Shown one piece after another: positions 1-9,832 of a stretch of 64,000 bases of DNA (position 1 is its first letter; every line of letters begins with the position of its first letter). Location: positions 1 to 64,000 of the forward strand of contig CAVYXJ010000020.1 of NCBI GenBank assembly GCA_963772455.1, in the 5' to 3' direction. The notes under the pieces are model-generated. The model was not told the origin of the DNA, searched no databases, and was given only the letters and a program-made list of their open reading frames with translations. A program made the position numbers and the translations under genes. This DNA is from Candidatus Bathyarchaeota archaeon (lineage in GTDB: Archaea; Thermoproteota; Bathyarchaeia; Bathyarchaeales; Bathycorpusculaceae).

Positions 1-450
1 TTGTTCAAATGTTGAGCCTCTTTCTGTCGCAATCTTGAATACGATTGGAGAACTACCAAAACTTTGCCAATTGCATGTTGCAATAACCTTCACATGATCA
101 TTAATGGGTATTTCGCCATTTATGTTGAGGGCATTTGTTATCGTTTGTCCATCGAAAGATCTAACTTCAAGATTCAAGCCATTGACATAAATTGCCTTGA
201 CATTTACAGGAAGTTTTCCCACATTGTAAATCCAGAGCTCCACTGTGTTACCACTGCTACCACTGCGGAACCATACGTCTTCTATTGTCAAAGACTCCTT
301 AATCGAACTTCCGATTCCAGCTTTGTAGCTATCAGAGTATGAAATCACAAACCCAAATAGAATCGTCATGCCAGCCATTGTTACTATTATCATCAATACG
401 GTGGCGATGACGGGTGAAACTGCTTTTCTGTTTCTAAATAGTTTCTTCAT
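1..450 (-). CDS. Archaeal type IV pilin-like protein (class III signal peptide); frameshift near 241, runs off window
   Basis: Manual translation from ATG at 450: MKKLFRNRKA|VSPVIATVLMIIVTMAGMTILFGFV (basic N-region, A|VSPVIA prepilin motif). After a 1-nt slip it continues ELWIYNVGKLPVNVKAIYVNG...FKIATERGSTFE. Not in the ORF track. Confidence 0.85.
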   Translation of the reverse strand, partial: MKKLFRNRKAVSPVIATVLMIIVTMAGMTILFGFVISYSDSYKAGIGSSIKESLTIEDVWFRSGSSGNTVELWIYNVGKLPVNVKAIYVNGLNLEVRSFDGQTITNALNINGEIPINDHVKVIATCNWQSFGSSPIVFKIATERGSTFEQ

Positions 451-454
451 TTTT

Positions 455-1306
455 TCACATCCAGTTGGGCGGTATACCTGCAAAGAATATGGCGTATCCA
501 ACTACGACCAGTAAGATTGAATGTTTCATGCCTCCAGCTACTCTGCGTTCCCCGATTTTTCCCGCCATCAATCCTCCTGTTAAACCTGAAACCAACATGT
601 CTTGATAGAAGAAATCCTTTAAGCCGCCCACTCCAGCAATGGTGGTAGTTGCTTGATATTTGCTGAGAACCAGACATGGGAGCAAAAAATGATTGCACCA
701 GCAGAATTGCTGTAACTATAAACACTGCAAAGGCCGCGTAAATTACTATTATGTAAGGTTTCATTTGGGCGTCGGTTTCCCTGTCGATATCTTTCATTTC
801 CTCCATGAACCCTGCAGTTGCTGTGAATACTTTTTTGATTGTTCCTCCTGATCGGCTTGCTTCCAAAACAAGCACACAGAAGCGGTTCACTATAGGTGAG
901 TTTATGCGATTTTTGAAATTGGTTAGTGCATCTTCAAAAGATGTGCCCCAGGACATTTCAATAACTAACTGCTTGACTTCTTTTGAAAGGGGGCCACTGA
1001 CCATTTTGTTGTCGACAACTTTTTCTAAAGCTCTAATTAAGGTCATCCCGGTTTCCTGAGATTCTGCAACTCCTCTAACTAGCAGAGGCATCTGGTTTTC
1101 TATTGAGGATATCCATCTTTGATGTTTCAAATCAAGAATAGCCGAAGGGACTAATATTACTAGTATGCTGACAAAAAAGATTTCATTGATATAAGTTGTT
1201 AATGCCGACGAATGATACGACAGCAATAATTGCTATAGCTACTAATTACGGCAAGTATCGAAAGCCCCACAGTTAATTGTCTTTTCTTAATTGCAACTTT
1301 GCCCAA
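455..1306 (-). CDS. Type II/IV secretion system F family (TadC/ArlJ-like) pilus platform protein; two frameshifts
   Basis: ORFs 447-1226 and 455-685 plus an upstream TTG at 1306 (MGKVAIKKRQ...). T2SS-F motifs GPLSKEVKQLVIEMSWGTSFEDAL, EASRSGG and GLMAGKIGE..VAGGMKH. Confidence 0.85.
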
Positions 1307-1311
1307 TATTA

Positions 1312-2179
1312 TTACCTCGGAGGTGTCATTGAATCGACCATTAGCAACATTATTCCTACACCTGCAGGTGTTACTATGAAGGTCATAAGTATCAAAACTG
1401 TTTGAGGATCCATACCAGCAAGCATTGATCCGCCGCCTAAGAATGACATTACGGAGAGCATAACTACAAGGACCAAGGGCAGTGCAATCATGAAACTAAC
1501 GTAGACTTCAGCCATTCCTGCAAGACTATCTAAGAAAACTTTTCATTGAAGTAACCCGAAGCTTCTTTGCTTTTTCAGACTCATCTCTAAGAAAAGACGC
1601 CAAATCGCCACCCATATGGGAAGTAGTAACAATGCCATCTAACATTGCACCAAACTTTCTTGAAGCAGACCTTACAGATGCGCGTCTCAAAGCATCGTTT
1701 AAATCCAAACCCATCAATTCGGTATCAGCAATTGCACGACGTATTTCTTCTCCAACCCCGAATTCATCGCCGACATTTGCTAAGGATCGAAAAATACGTT
1801 CGGGAGGCATTCCTGAACTTGCTAGTACAGCCATGAAATTGGCGGTTAAGGGCAAATTTGATTCTATCTTTCTTACCTTTGAAGAAATCGTGAGAACAGG
1901 GTAAACATAACAAAACCCAAAGACGGCAATGCCAGCGACCATCGCAGCTATTATTGAAAATACAAATGCAGGTACAACTGGAAGTCTAATTGAGAATATC
2001 AGTAGTGAAACTCCAAAGCCTAACACTGCGGCTAATATTGTGGAGAAGGCCATTAAGCCCAAGTAAGCTTCGAAGGTGATTTTAACGGCGGCTTTAGATA
2101 GATTATCCTGCATGCTCTTTAATTCTGTAACAAGAGATTGAGGAACAAACTTTGCGGTTCTAAGAAAGAGAGAAAGCAA
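1312..2179 (-). CDS. Type II/IV secretion system F family (TadC-like) protein; frameshift near 1525
   Basis: ORFs 1526-2179 and 1312-1515 join. IESNLPLTANFMAVLASSGMPP, GLDLNDALRRASVRSAS, MGGDLASFL, MAEVYVSFMIALPL. Confidence 0.88.
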
Positions 2180-2183
2180 CCGC

Positions 2184-3854
2184 TTATTCGTCTTTTAAAG
2201 CCTCCGCAAGTATGCGAGCAGGATTCTCCATATACGATCGAATTATGTTGGATACGTCTTTGTAATTTCGAATGCCCTTTTTAGCCATCCAGGTTATTAT
2301 TTTTCTTCTATTCTTGAGTTCTTCTTCAGCTTGCTCAATGCTTATTCCTGTTTTTTCAGCGATTTTCTCAAGAATGTAACTTCGACCAGTATAATCGAAT
2401 GTTTCATCAGTCGCGTTCCATCTGTATACTTCGTTTGTTAATATTTCTCCTGAACGAGGATCTAAACCAACGATTTCTGAGGCGGCAACAGTTTTTCTCA
2501 TGGGTTTGCCTTTTATTTCGACTCGTTTTTGAACCAATATGATGTCTATTCCAGCGATGAGAGTTCGAGGAATGTTCATTGGTGCTGATTCTAAACGGTA
2601 AACTGCTGATTCAACTGATTCAGCGTGAACTGTTGACATCCCAAGGTGTCCGGTGCTTACAGCTTGGAAAAGAGTGTATGCTTCTGTTCCTCTGATTTCA
2701 CCCACTATAATGTAGTCGGGTCTTTGTCTCAATGAAGCTTTCAGAAGATCAAATAATGTAACGTCTGCAGAGTCTGTGGCTATTCCAAAATGTGATCTGG
2801 TGGTAGCTGGAATCCAGTTTTCATGTGGAAGGTTAATCTCGGGGGTATCTTCGATGGATACGACTTTTAAGTCGGCTTTTATGAACATGCTTAGGCAGTT
2901 TAGAAGTGTAGTTTTGCCTGCTGCAATACCGCCAGCCACTAGGATTGACACTCGGTTTTCTACTGCATACCATAAGAAAGCAGCCATCTCCGCTGAGAGA
3001 GTGCCAAAAGTAATTAAATCGGTTACTGTGAATGGGTCAAGTTTGAATTTTCTTATTGTAAAAGTTGAGCCTCTACGTGTTACTTCTTTGCCGTAAGTAA
3101 GGTTGATTCTGCTGCCATCGGGAAGACTTGCATCTAATAGCGGTTGAGCTATAGATACGTGACTGCCACACATATATGCGAGTCGCAGAGCAAATGAGTC
3201 AAGTTCCTCTTCAGTCTCAAAACGAATGTTTGTTGGTATAGACTCGGACTTGCGATGCCAAACAAATATTGGAATATTAACTCCATCGCATGAAAGGTCC
3301 TCAATTAATTGGTCATGCATTAAGGAATCTATTTTTCCAAAACCAAGATTATCTCTAACAATACAGTAAAGCAGTTTACCTTGCGTTGCTTCATCTATCT
3401 TAAATTCGTAGTTATCAAAAATTTCTTTACTCTTCTCAACTAAGTATTTTCCAGCGGTCTCTTTTGATTGAAGATCCGATGGCTTTAGGGTTATTACTTG
3501 GTTGAGGATTTCTTTTAGCCGTTTAAGGTGGGCTTCATCTTCAATTGTGAGTTTTGGTTCATCAACCACGTATTTTATGTTTCCTCTGTCTAAATCCTTA
3601 ACAATATTCACATGACAATAAGGCTCAATAAGTGAGTAAGTTTCGAGGATTTTCTCGTTAACTGGTTCAGGGACTGATGTCACTATCTCAGGAACAGGAG
3701 TAACAGGAACAGTCGGTTTGCTTTTTTTAGTGAACAAAGATATTTTTCTGGAGGGGTGACCTTTTTTCTTCTCTATTTTTGTTTTTGAATCTAATTTAGG
3801 TTCCGAAACCTCTGCTGGTTTTTTTAGAGAAAACCGTTTCTTGTTAGATGTCAA
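2184..3854 (-). CDS. Type II/IV secretion ATPase (ArlI/TadA/VirB11 family), pilus assembly motor
   Basis: Walker A GGIAAGKTT, SIEDTPEI, LRQRPDYIIVGEIRG (Walker B), TGHLGMSTVHA (His box), LPDGSRINLT; Lys/Pro-rich N-terminal extension. Confidence 0.95.
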   Translation of the reverse strand: MTSNKKRFSLKKPAEVSEPKLDSKTKIEKKKGHPSRKISLFTKKSKPTVPVTPVPEIVTSVPEPVNEKILETYSLIEPYCHVNIVKDLDRGNIKYVVDEPKLTIEDEAHLKRLKEILNQVITLKPSDLQSKETAGKYLVEKSKEIFDNYEFKIDEATQGKLLYCIVRDNLGFGKIDSLMHDQLIEDLSCDGVNIPIFVWHRKSESIPTNIRFETEEELDSFALRLAYMCGSHVSIAQPLLDASLPDGSRINLTYGKEVTRRGSTFTIRKFKLDPFTVTDLITFGTLSAEMAAFLWYAVENRVSILVAGGIAAGKTTLLNCLSMFIKADLKVVSIEDTPEINLPHENWIPATTRSHFGIATDSADVTLFDLLKASLRQRPDYIIVGEIRGTEAYTLFQAVSTGHLGMSTVHAESVESAVYRLESAPMNIPRTLIAGIDIILVQKRVEIKGKPMRKTVAASEIVGLDPRSGEILTNEVYRWNATDETFDYTGRSYILEKIAEKTGISIEQAEEELKNRRKIITWMAKKGIRNYKDVSNIIRSYMENPARILAEALKDE

Positions 3855-3946
3855 CTCAACGATGCCCCCTCATACATGATCACTCTTCATTTATAAACTA
3901 TGTAAACAAAAAAATAGAAAAAGAAATGACTCAAAACAATCCACGC

Positions 3947-4419
3947 TTATAACGATTGTGAATTGCTGAGTTATTTGGCTGAAAGTTCCGTCTGTAGTTG
4001 TAACTTTGATAGTTACAGATTGTACGCCAGCTGTCAGATCTAAAGCTGTTGCAGTGCAATTGTCACTGTAGCTGCCTTTGCGTTAAAGTATTGCGTTGGA
4101 GTCGTCCAAGTGCCGGATTAGCTACTGCACCGTTTACGAACACACTGTTAGTAGCTGCTAAGCAATTCAACATCTGAATCGCCAACGTTCTGAACATAAA
4201 CTGTGAATATGTCATCAGTAGTTCGCAGCAGTATGATACACTTTGGATTTGTATTGCTTTGCCTGTTTTCTCTGTTGTGAAGTTCATGTATCCCATGACC
4301 CAAGCGTAAGTAACCAAGGATGCAACGACTGCGATGGCTATCATTAGTAGAGTTGCAATTACTGGTGAGATTGCACGTGCGTTTCTACGGAACTTTCTTA
4401 TTGTTTTTCCAAAATTCAT
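3947..4419 (-). CDS. Archaeal type IV pilin (probable major pilin); frameshifted, 3' end approximate
   Basis: MNFGKTIRKFRRNARA|ISPVIATLLMIAIAVVASLVTYAWVMGY. Other frames give VYVQNVGDSDV and SVTIKVTTTDGTFSQIT, typical pilin strands. Lies directly upstream of the ATPase. Confidence 0.9.
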
Positions 4420-4665
4420 TTTTTTATTCTCCCTTTTGATTTCTTGAACCTTTATTGTCTAATGCAGACTTAAAAGCATAATGGAATAATCTTCTACCAG
4501 ATACCGACATATATCAATGACAGCATAAATATTTTGCAATCATTCAACTATTATGATAAAAACCTTGGCAAGAAAAACAAAACTTGAACCTATAATCCAT
4601 ATTTGAATGCTACAAAAGATATAACTATGCAACATCTATTTCTTAGCCAAAAGGGTTAACCTTTC

Positions 4666-5322
4666 ATGAAAACTGTAAAGACTGCGATTGCTGGCCTTGA
4701 CGAATTCTTAATGGGTGGAGTGCCCCCAAAAATCATACTTTTAACGGGTTCGCCGGGTTCAGGAAACGAAGTTTTTGCAAGACAAGTCTTGTTTAACCGA
4801 GTAAAAACGTGCCCAGTCACATACTTTACAGTTAACGTGTCAGCTGAGAGCATTCGAGAGGATATGGCAGCTTATGGATGGGACACTGTGCCTTGTGAGG
4901 AAGCTGGAGCATGGAAATTTAAAAGCCTTAAAAATAAAACATCAAGCGAAATGTTAGAAACTGTTTTGGAGGAAATGAAACAGTGCAGAACCATCGCTAT
5001 TGACTCTGCCTCAGAGCTTTTGCTTATCCACAAAATCAAAGATGTAGCTAACCTAGTAACAGCCATGACACATCAGAATAGAAACAGCCAAAATTTCCAT
5101 CTGCTGCTTACAACAGAGGGCATGCAAGACCCTCAAGCCGAAGCCACCTTGAACCATTTTGCCGAAGGCTCAATATACTTCGCACTTACATGGTCAGCAG
5201 ACTCAACTATGAGGCACCTAATTATTAGGAAAATGTCAGGAACCATAATCCCCACAAGAAGACTCACCTATACCCTGGGCAGAAAAGGATTCATCATAGA
5301 AACAGCAACAAGAATCACATAA
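4666..5322 (+). CDS. Single-domain KaiC/RecA-superfamily ATPase with degenerate Walker A
   Basis: VKTAIAGLDEFLMGGVP, LTGSPGSGNE (GKT replaced by GNE), IAIDS, RHLIIRKMSGT, KGFIIET; KaiC/ArlH-like layout. Confidence 0.85.
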   Translation: MKTVKTAIAGLDEFLMGGVPPKIILLTGSPGSGNEVFARQVLFNRVKTCPVTYFTVNVSAESIREDMAAYGWDTVPCEEAGAWKFKSLKNKTSSEMLETVLEEMKQCRTIAIDSASELLLIHKIKDVANLVTAMTHQNRNSQNFHLLLTTEGMQDPQAEATLNHFAEGSIYFALTWSADSTMRHLIIRKMSGTIIPTRRLTYTLGRKGFIIETATRIT

Positions 5323-5556
5323 CCCACACCCCAAACATCTTTTTGCCTATAACTAAATTTGTGTGCAAAACGCAAAATTGCCTTTACAAGCTATGTCATT
5401 GTCAGTTACTCATCAGCAAATAACTAAAATATCCCAAAAGTATCGAGTTAGTTTAGCCTATGCATTCGAATAAGATTTCATAAATTCTTAATGGATAACT
5501 GATTAAACTTTTTATTTGAAACCAAGAATTTTTAGCTTGAAATTCCTTAACCAAAT

Positions 5557-6420
5557 TTAAAGGTTGAGGTCTTTGTCAATTGCGTCTAGTATTTGGCCAT
5601 CTACTTTTGGATTGAATTTGCGTGCGAAAAAGTAACCTCCTCGTTTTAAGACAGGGTAGTCTTTTATGGTTAGGATCCTGGGGTGTGAATCTATGAAGGA
5701 TACATATCTTTTATTGTCGTTAACTATTCTGTTCTTAAATTGGCTGTTCATGAGAATTGTTTGGAAGAACATTTCACCCGGCGCGAAGACATGTTCATAG
5801 AAGTTTATGACGCTAGGGTTCTTTTCCACAAATTGATCGATATAGCTCACAAATTGCTTTGGCAAGGTGAACCAATTCCATCCGCCGTAAGGTTCTAAGT
5901 GGCAGGGCAATTTTCGTCTTATTCGGGGGATTCGAAGTATCCGTACATAAGGGTATTCTTTCTTGTGGAAAAAGTAATGATTATTGTTTATCCTGTCCAT
6001 TCCACCAAGGTGCCATCCTTTGTATGGCAGTTTCCAAAATGTCATAAAACCCGAAGTTTTGCTTCTAAGCTCATCTCTTATTTGTTGGGGTGTTTTAAGT
6101 GGATAGCAATCCCCAGTTAGATTAAACAAGTAATCATAGTCGTATTTCTCGAAATGCTTCATTGCATTGAGGGTTGATGCAGTGAGCCCGAATGAGCCCC
6201 ATCTACAACAAAACTTTGACTCAACCTTAACATTCGTGTATCCAATTTCCGTGTTTATCAGTTGTTTCCATTCAAGAAATTTTTCTTTGCCAACAGATTT
6301 GTCTATATGAATGTAGAAATAGTCTATAGGTGTAAAGAGCCGTTTCACTAACCGGATTGTTCTTTCTGGTTCTTCATAAATTGTTATACAATAAGCAAAT
6401 TTAATTTTTGTAACCTCCAT
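5557..6420 (-). CDS. Core-2/I-branching beta-1,6-N-acetylglucosaminyltransferase family (GT14-like)
   Basis: AYCIT.Y, FYIHIDK, RWGSFGL, NLTGDCYPLK, YGGWNWFTL, PGEMFFQTIL, FFARKF. Confidence 0.85.
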   Translation of the reverse strand: MEVTKIKFAYCITIYEEPERTIRLVKRLFTPIDYFYIHIDKSVGKEKFLEWKQLINTEIGYTNVKVESKFCCRWGSFGLTASTLNAMKHFEKYDYDYLFNLTGDCYPLKTPQQIRDELRSKTSGFMTFWKLPYKGWHLGGMDRINNNHYFFHKKEYPYVRILRIPRIRRKLPCHLEPYGGWNWFTLPKQFVSYIDQFVEKNPSVINFYEHVFAPGEMFFQTILMNSQFKNRIVNDNKRYVSFIDSHPRILTIKDYPVLKRGGYFFARKFNPKVDGQILDAIDKDLNL

Positions 6421-6447
6421 TCTGTTGACCGTGTGTGATTTAGTCAG

Positions 6448-7419
6448 TTAATAACCCACTTTTTTGTTCACGGTATTTTTCACAGGTTTATTGGTCATAT
6501 ATAATTCTAAATTTTGTAAAAAAGAATCTGTTATACGTTCAAGATAGAAGTTCGATTGACCTGCAATGTGAGGTGTGATTATGACGTTTTTCATTTTCCA
6601 GAGTTTGGAGTTTTCGGATAAAGGTTCTTCTTCGAAAGTGTCCAATCCCGCACCCGATATTTTATGTTCTTCTAAGGCAGTGATTAATTCATTTTCTATT
6701 ATGATTTTTCCCCTGCTCACATTAATCAAATAACTCGTGTTTTTCATATATTGAAACTGGTCTTTTCCAAAAAGTCTTAACGTTTCCTTGGTTAGCGGAG
6801 CAGTTATGATAACAAAGTCTGATTCTTCTAAAAGAATAGGCAAATCTTCAACTGGGATAAGCTTGTCGACGTAATCAATTTTTTGTGAATTAAAGTTCTT
6901 CTTTGAAGCTATTATTTTCATACCCAAATGCTTGGCTTTCTTTGCAGTTTCGGAGCCTATTTTACCCAATCCCACAATTCCCAAAGTTTTTCCAGAGAGT
7001 TCTTCGCAGATTCCCTTTGTGAATCCTCCATAGCGCATCCATTTTTTCTTGGATTGGTTTATGGTGAATAAAGACATTCGTCTACAAAAAGAGAGCATAA
7101 GTAAAATGATATGTTCTGAGACAGGTGTTGCAAAAATGTCTCCAGCATTAGTGATTACAATTGGGCTTTTCACTACGTCTGGAAAAAGGAATTTGTCAAC
7201 CCCTGCACCTGTAGTTTGAATCCATTTTAGTTTTTTAGCCTTCAAAAATAATTCCCGCGAAAAGAATCCAGCAAATAATATTTCAGCATCATCTATTAGT
7301 TGTAGTAATTCAGTCTCATCGCAACTCTTCCTTACCTCAAGTTCCTGAGAGATCGCCTTAATTTTATTTATGAAAGGAACGGGCAAGTCAAATGCGACGA
7401 GTATTTTTGTTTTTTTCAT
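6448..7419 (-). CDS. D-2-hydroxyacid dehydrogenase (NAD-dependent)
   Basis: GAGVD, GIVGLGKIG Rossmann motif, INVSRG, LDTFEEEPL, ITPHIAG. Confidence 0.93.
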   Translation of the reverse strand: MKKTKILVAFDLPVPFINKIKAISQELEVRKSCDETELLQLIDDAEILFAGFFSRELFLKAKKLKWIQTTGAGVDKFLFPDVVKSPIVITNAGDIFATPVSEHIILLMLSFCRRMSLFTINQSKKKWMRYGGFTKGICEELSGKTLGIVGLGKIGSETAKKAKHLGMKIIASKKNFNSQKIDYVDKLIPVEDLPILLEESDFVIITAPLTKETLRLFGKDQFQYMKNTSYLINVSRGKIIIENELITALEEHKISGAGLDTFEEEPLSENSKLWKMKNVIITPHIAGQSNFYLERITDSFLQNLELYMTNKPVKNTVNKKVGY

Positions 7420-7446
7420 TTACATTATCATCTTTTTAGGCAAGCT

Positions 7447-8263
7447 ATGCCTTTGTATCCAAATCGATTAATAAGTAAGGTGGTTACTTTGAAGTTTTTC
7501 CTATTTAACACTGATTTGGAATTGGCACTGAGAGCAGAGAAAGCAGGCATTGATAGTATTGTTGTTGATTGGGAGTTGAAGGGGAAAGAAAAAAGACAAC
7601 AAGGTTACGATTTAGAAAAAAATACAGACACCCCTCAGGACGTACGCATTTTGTCTAGCCATTTGAAGATTCCTGTAACTGTTCGTATCAACTCTTTGTG
7701 GAAGAACACATCGGTGGAGGTGGAGACTGCTATTGAAAACGGTGCGAAAAATATTATGTTGCCCATGGCAAAAAGCGCAGATGAAGTCAAACAATTCTTA
7801 TCTGATTGTCAATGGACGCGCTAAAAGCATTGTGCAAATAGAAACCCCCCAGTTGGTTGAACAACTTGCGGATTTTAAGGATTTAGACTGGGATATTGCG
7901 TATATTGGTTTGAATGATTTGATGGTTGCTAGTGGGCGTTCTTCTATTTGGGAGGCCTTGGCTGACGGAACTGCTGAAAAAATTTGCAGGGGTTTGCATG
8001 GTCGAGTGTATGGTTTTGGAGGATCCACAATTTTGGGCGGCGGGGAGCCAATTATCAATGTTTTGATTCTTCACGAGATGATTCGGCTAGGAGCCAGTGT
8101 GACTATTATGCGGCGTACTTTTAAGCGGGAGTTATTAGATCGTGATTTGAACGCCGAAATTGAGGTTTTAAGGGCCTTTATTAGCAGTAGTGAGAAGCGG
8201 GGTGAGCAAGCCATTTTATTCGATCGAGAACATTTAGTCAGGTTCATACATAATTTGATTTAG
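7447..8263 (+). CDS. HpcH/HpaI aldolase / citrate lyase family protein; frameshift near 7800
   Basis: ORFs 7447-7824 and 7733-8263 join. AGIDSIVVDWE, VRIN, IMLPMAKS, VQIET, YIGLNDL, YGFGG. Confidence 0.82.
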
Positions 8264-8522
8264 CCTTTTTTCCTAACCATTCAATAAATTATATCCAATC
8301 AAGCCCCTTAGCCATCTACTCTACTTCAGAGTTGGCGCTTACCCACAGACTTCAAGATGTAGCTAACTGGGTAAATACTGGAAAAATCAGCATTACAGAT
8401 AAAAATTAACCGGAGCAGCCAAGAAATAAAAATCCAAAATTGAACCAGGTATTTTTCAATAGTCAGAATTTCAAAAAAATAGATATTATGAGAGAATTTG
8501 TTCTTCTTTAATATAATGACAT

Positions 8523-9430
8523 TTAAACGGGATTTCTTTTTTTCTTCATTTTCTCACTAAAGATTATTGCCAATATTATTAAAATGATGATAACATCAAC
8601 AGTGTAGATTACTATAACAAGAAGTAATGCTAATGTCAACATTGAATTAGTCTGATTTTCTACTGAAAGTTGAATCGTGAAAGTTGACGGATCTGTTGTC
8701 GGTGAGCTACTTATTGTTGCTATGGGGGTTGATGTAGGTGTAATGGTGGGAGTGGCTGTTGGTGCGGGTTTTGGTGTGGCAGTTGGACTTGATGTTGGGA
8801 TGGCAGTTGGTGTGGGTGTTTCTGAGGTGTTGGAGAAGGAGTTGCTGTTGGAGTTGGCGTTGGTGATTCAGTGGGTGTTGGTGTTGGACTTTCTGTTGGT
8901 AAAGGTGTAGCGGTTGGAGTAGGCGAAGGGGTTGGAGTTGGAGCAGGTTGTACTTGGTAGATGTAAATCTCGATGTGACAATAGTTGTTGGAAATGTCTT
9001 GATCTATCCAGTCATATACTTGAAAAGTTATCGGCGAACCAGTTCCAACATACGCAATTGAGTATGTGTGATTAGTATCTGCGTTGCTAAATGATCCCCA
9101 ATTCACGTCAGTTCCGTTGATAAGTAAAAACGAGTGACCGTTTGGTGCTGGTGAATTGTTAGTCCAATTCCAATCTGAATTATCTGTGCAATAATATTGT
9201 GCATCTGCTTGAAGACCGCCAGAGTAGTTGTACCAGAAAACAGTTGAAGCAACGATACGATATTCCGTACCTAAGACTAAGGTTGGAGTTGTGACTGCTG
9301 CGCCAGTTGCACTGTATGCGTTATCTGTCCAAAATAGGGATTCTTGAGCGTTGACTTCAGTTCCTGAAATTACTGCAATTGTTAATAGAAGAATCGTTGC
9401 GGCGATTAGGTAAACATATTTGTTTTTCAT
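8523..9430 (-). CDS. Secreted/surface protein: signal peptide, beta-rich (LecA-like?) domain, Pro/Thr stalk, C-terminal TM plus basic tail; frameshift near 8822
   Basis: ORF 8720-9430. After the slip the PT stalk continues to ...MLTLALLLVIVIYTVDVIIILIILAIIFSEKMKKKRNPV* (stop 8523-8525). Confidence 0.8.
8826..8880. repeat. 55-bp perfect inverted repeat, copy 1 (partner 13524-13578)
   Basis: Reverse complement caacacccactgaatcaccaacgccaactccaacagcaactccttctccaacacc is identical to 13524-13578. Confidence 0.9.
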
Positions 9431-9625
9431 TGAAAGTTACTCGAATAGAACTTTTCGAATTCATTATTTAAATATTATTTATTAATAATCAATATTAACT
9501 ATAAGCAGAAAAAACCCCAACAAACAATCAATCCCAAATTCAAAACCTCACCAGAATGCAAAAATCAAAATTTTTTTCCAACTACACTTTTGAAATATAA
9601 AAAACATCAGTTGTATTTGATAATA

Positions 9626-9832
9626 TTATATAAAGCGTAAAGCAATTGTAACTAAAAAAGCAATCCCGCATCCGATGCCAACTATTCTTAGTCTTGTTTT
9701 ATCAATATGCATTTTGCTTGAATATTCTTGTGAGACACCAAGAAATACGGAGGTAACAAGAATCACTATTGCAATAACAGCTAGCAATATACTAATTTCT
9801 GTTAACGTTAAGGGAAAGATCATATAAATCAC
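9626..9832 (-). CDS. Small two-TM membrane protein
   Basis: Two hydrophobic segments; overlaps the stop of the upstream gene (operonic). Confidence 0.7.
   Translation of the reverse strand: MIYMIFPLTLTEISILLAVIAIVILVTSVFLGVSQEYSSKMHIDKTRLRIVGIGCGIAFLVTIALRFI

Noticed and set aside
1-4419. Archaellum operon
   Set aside because: Pilins lack the archaellin G|IGTLIVFIA motif, two TadC-like genes are present, and no ArlF/G/C-E or chemotaxis genes are seen.
8290-8410. 11-mer GCCCCTTAGCC shared with 57092-57102 and a short ttaccca/tgggtaa inverted repeat
   Set aside because: Similarity does not extend; probably chance or a gene remnant.
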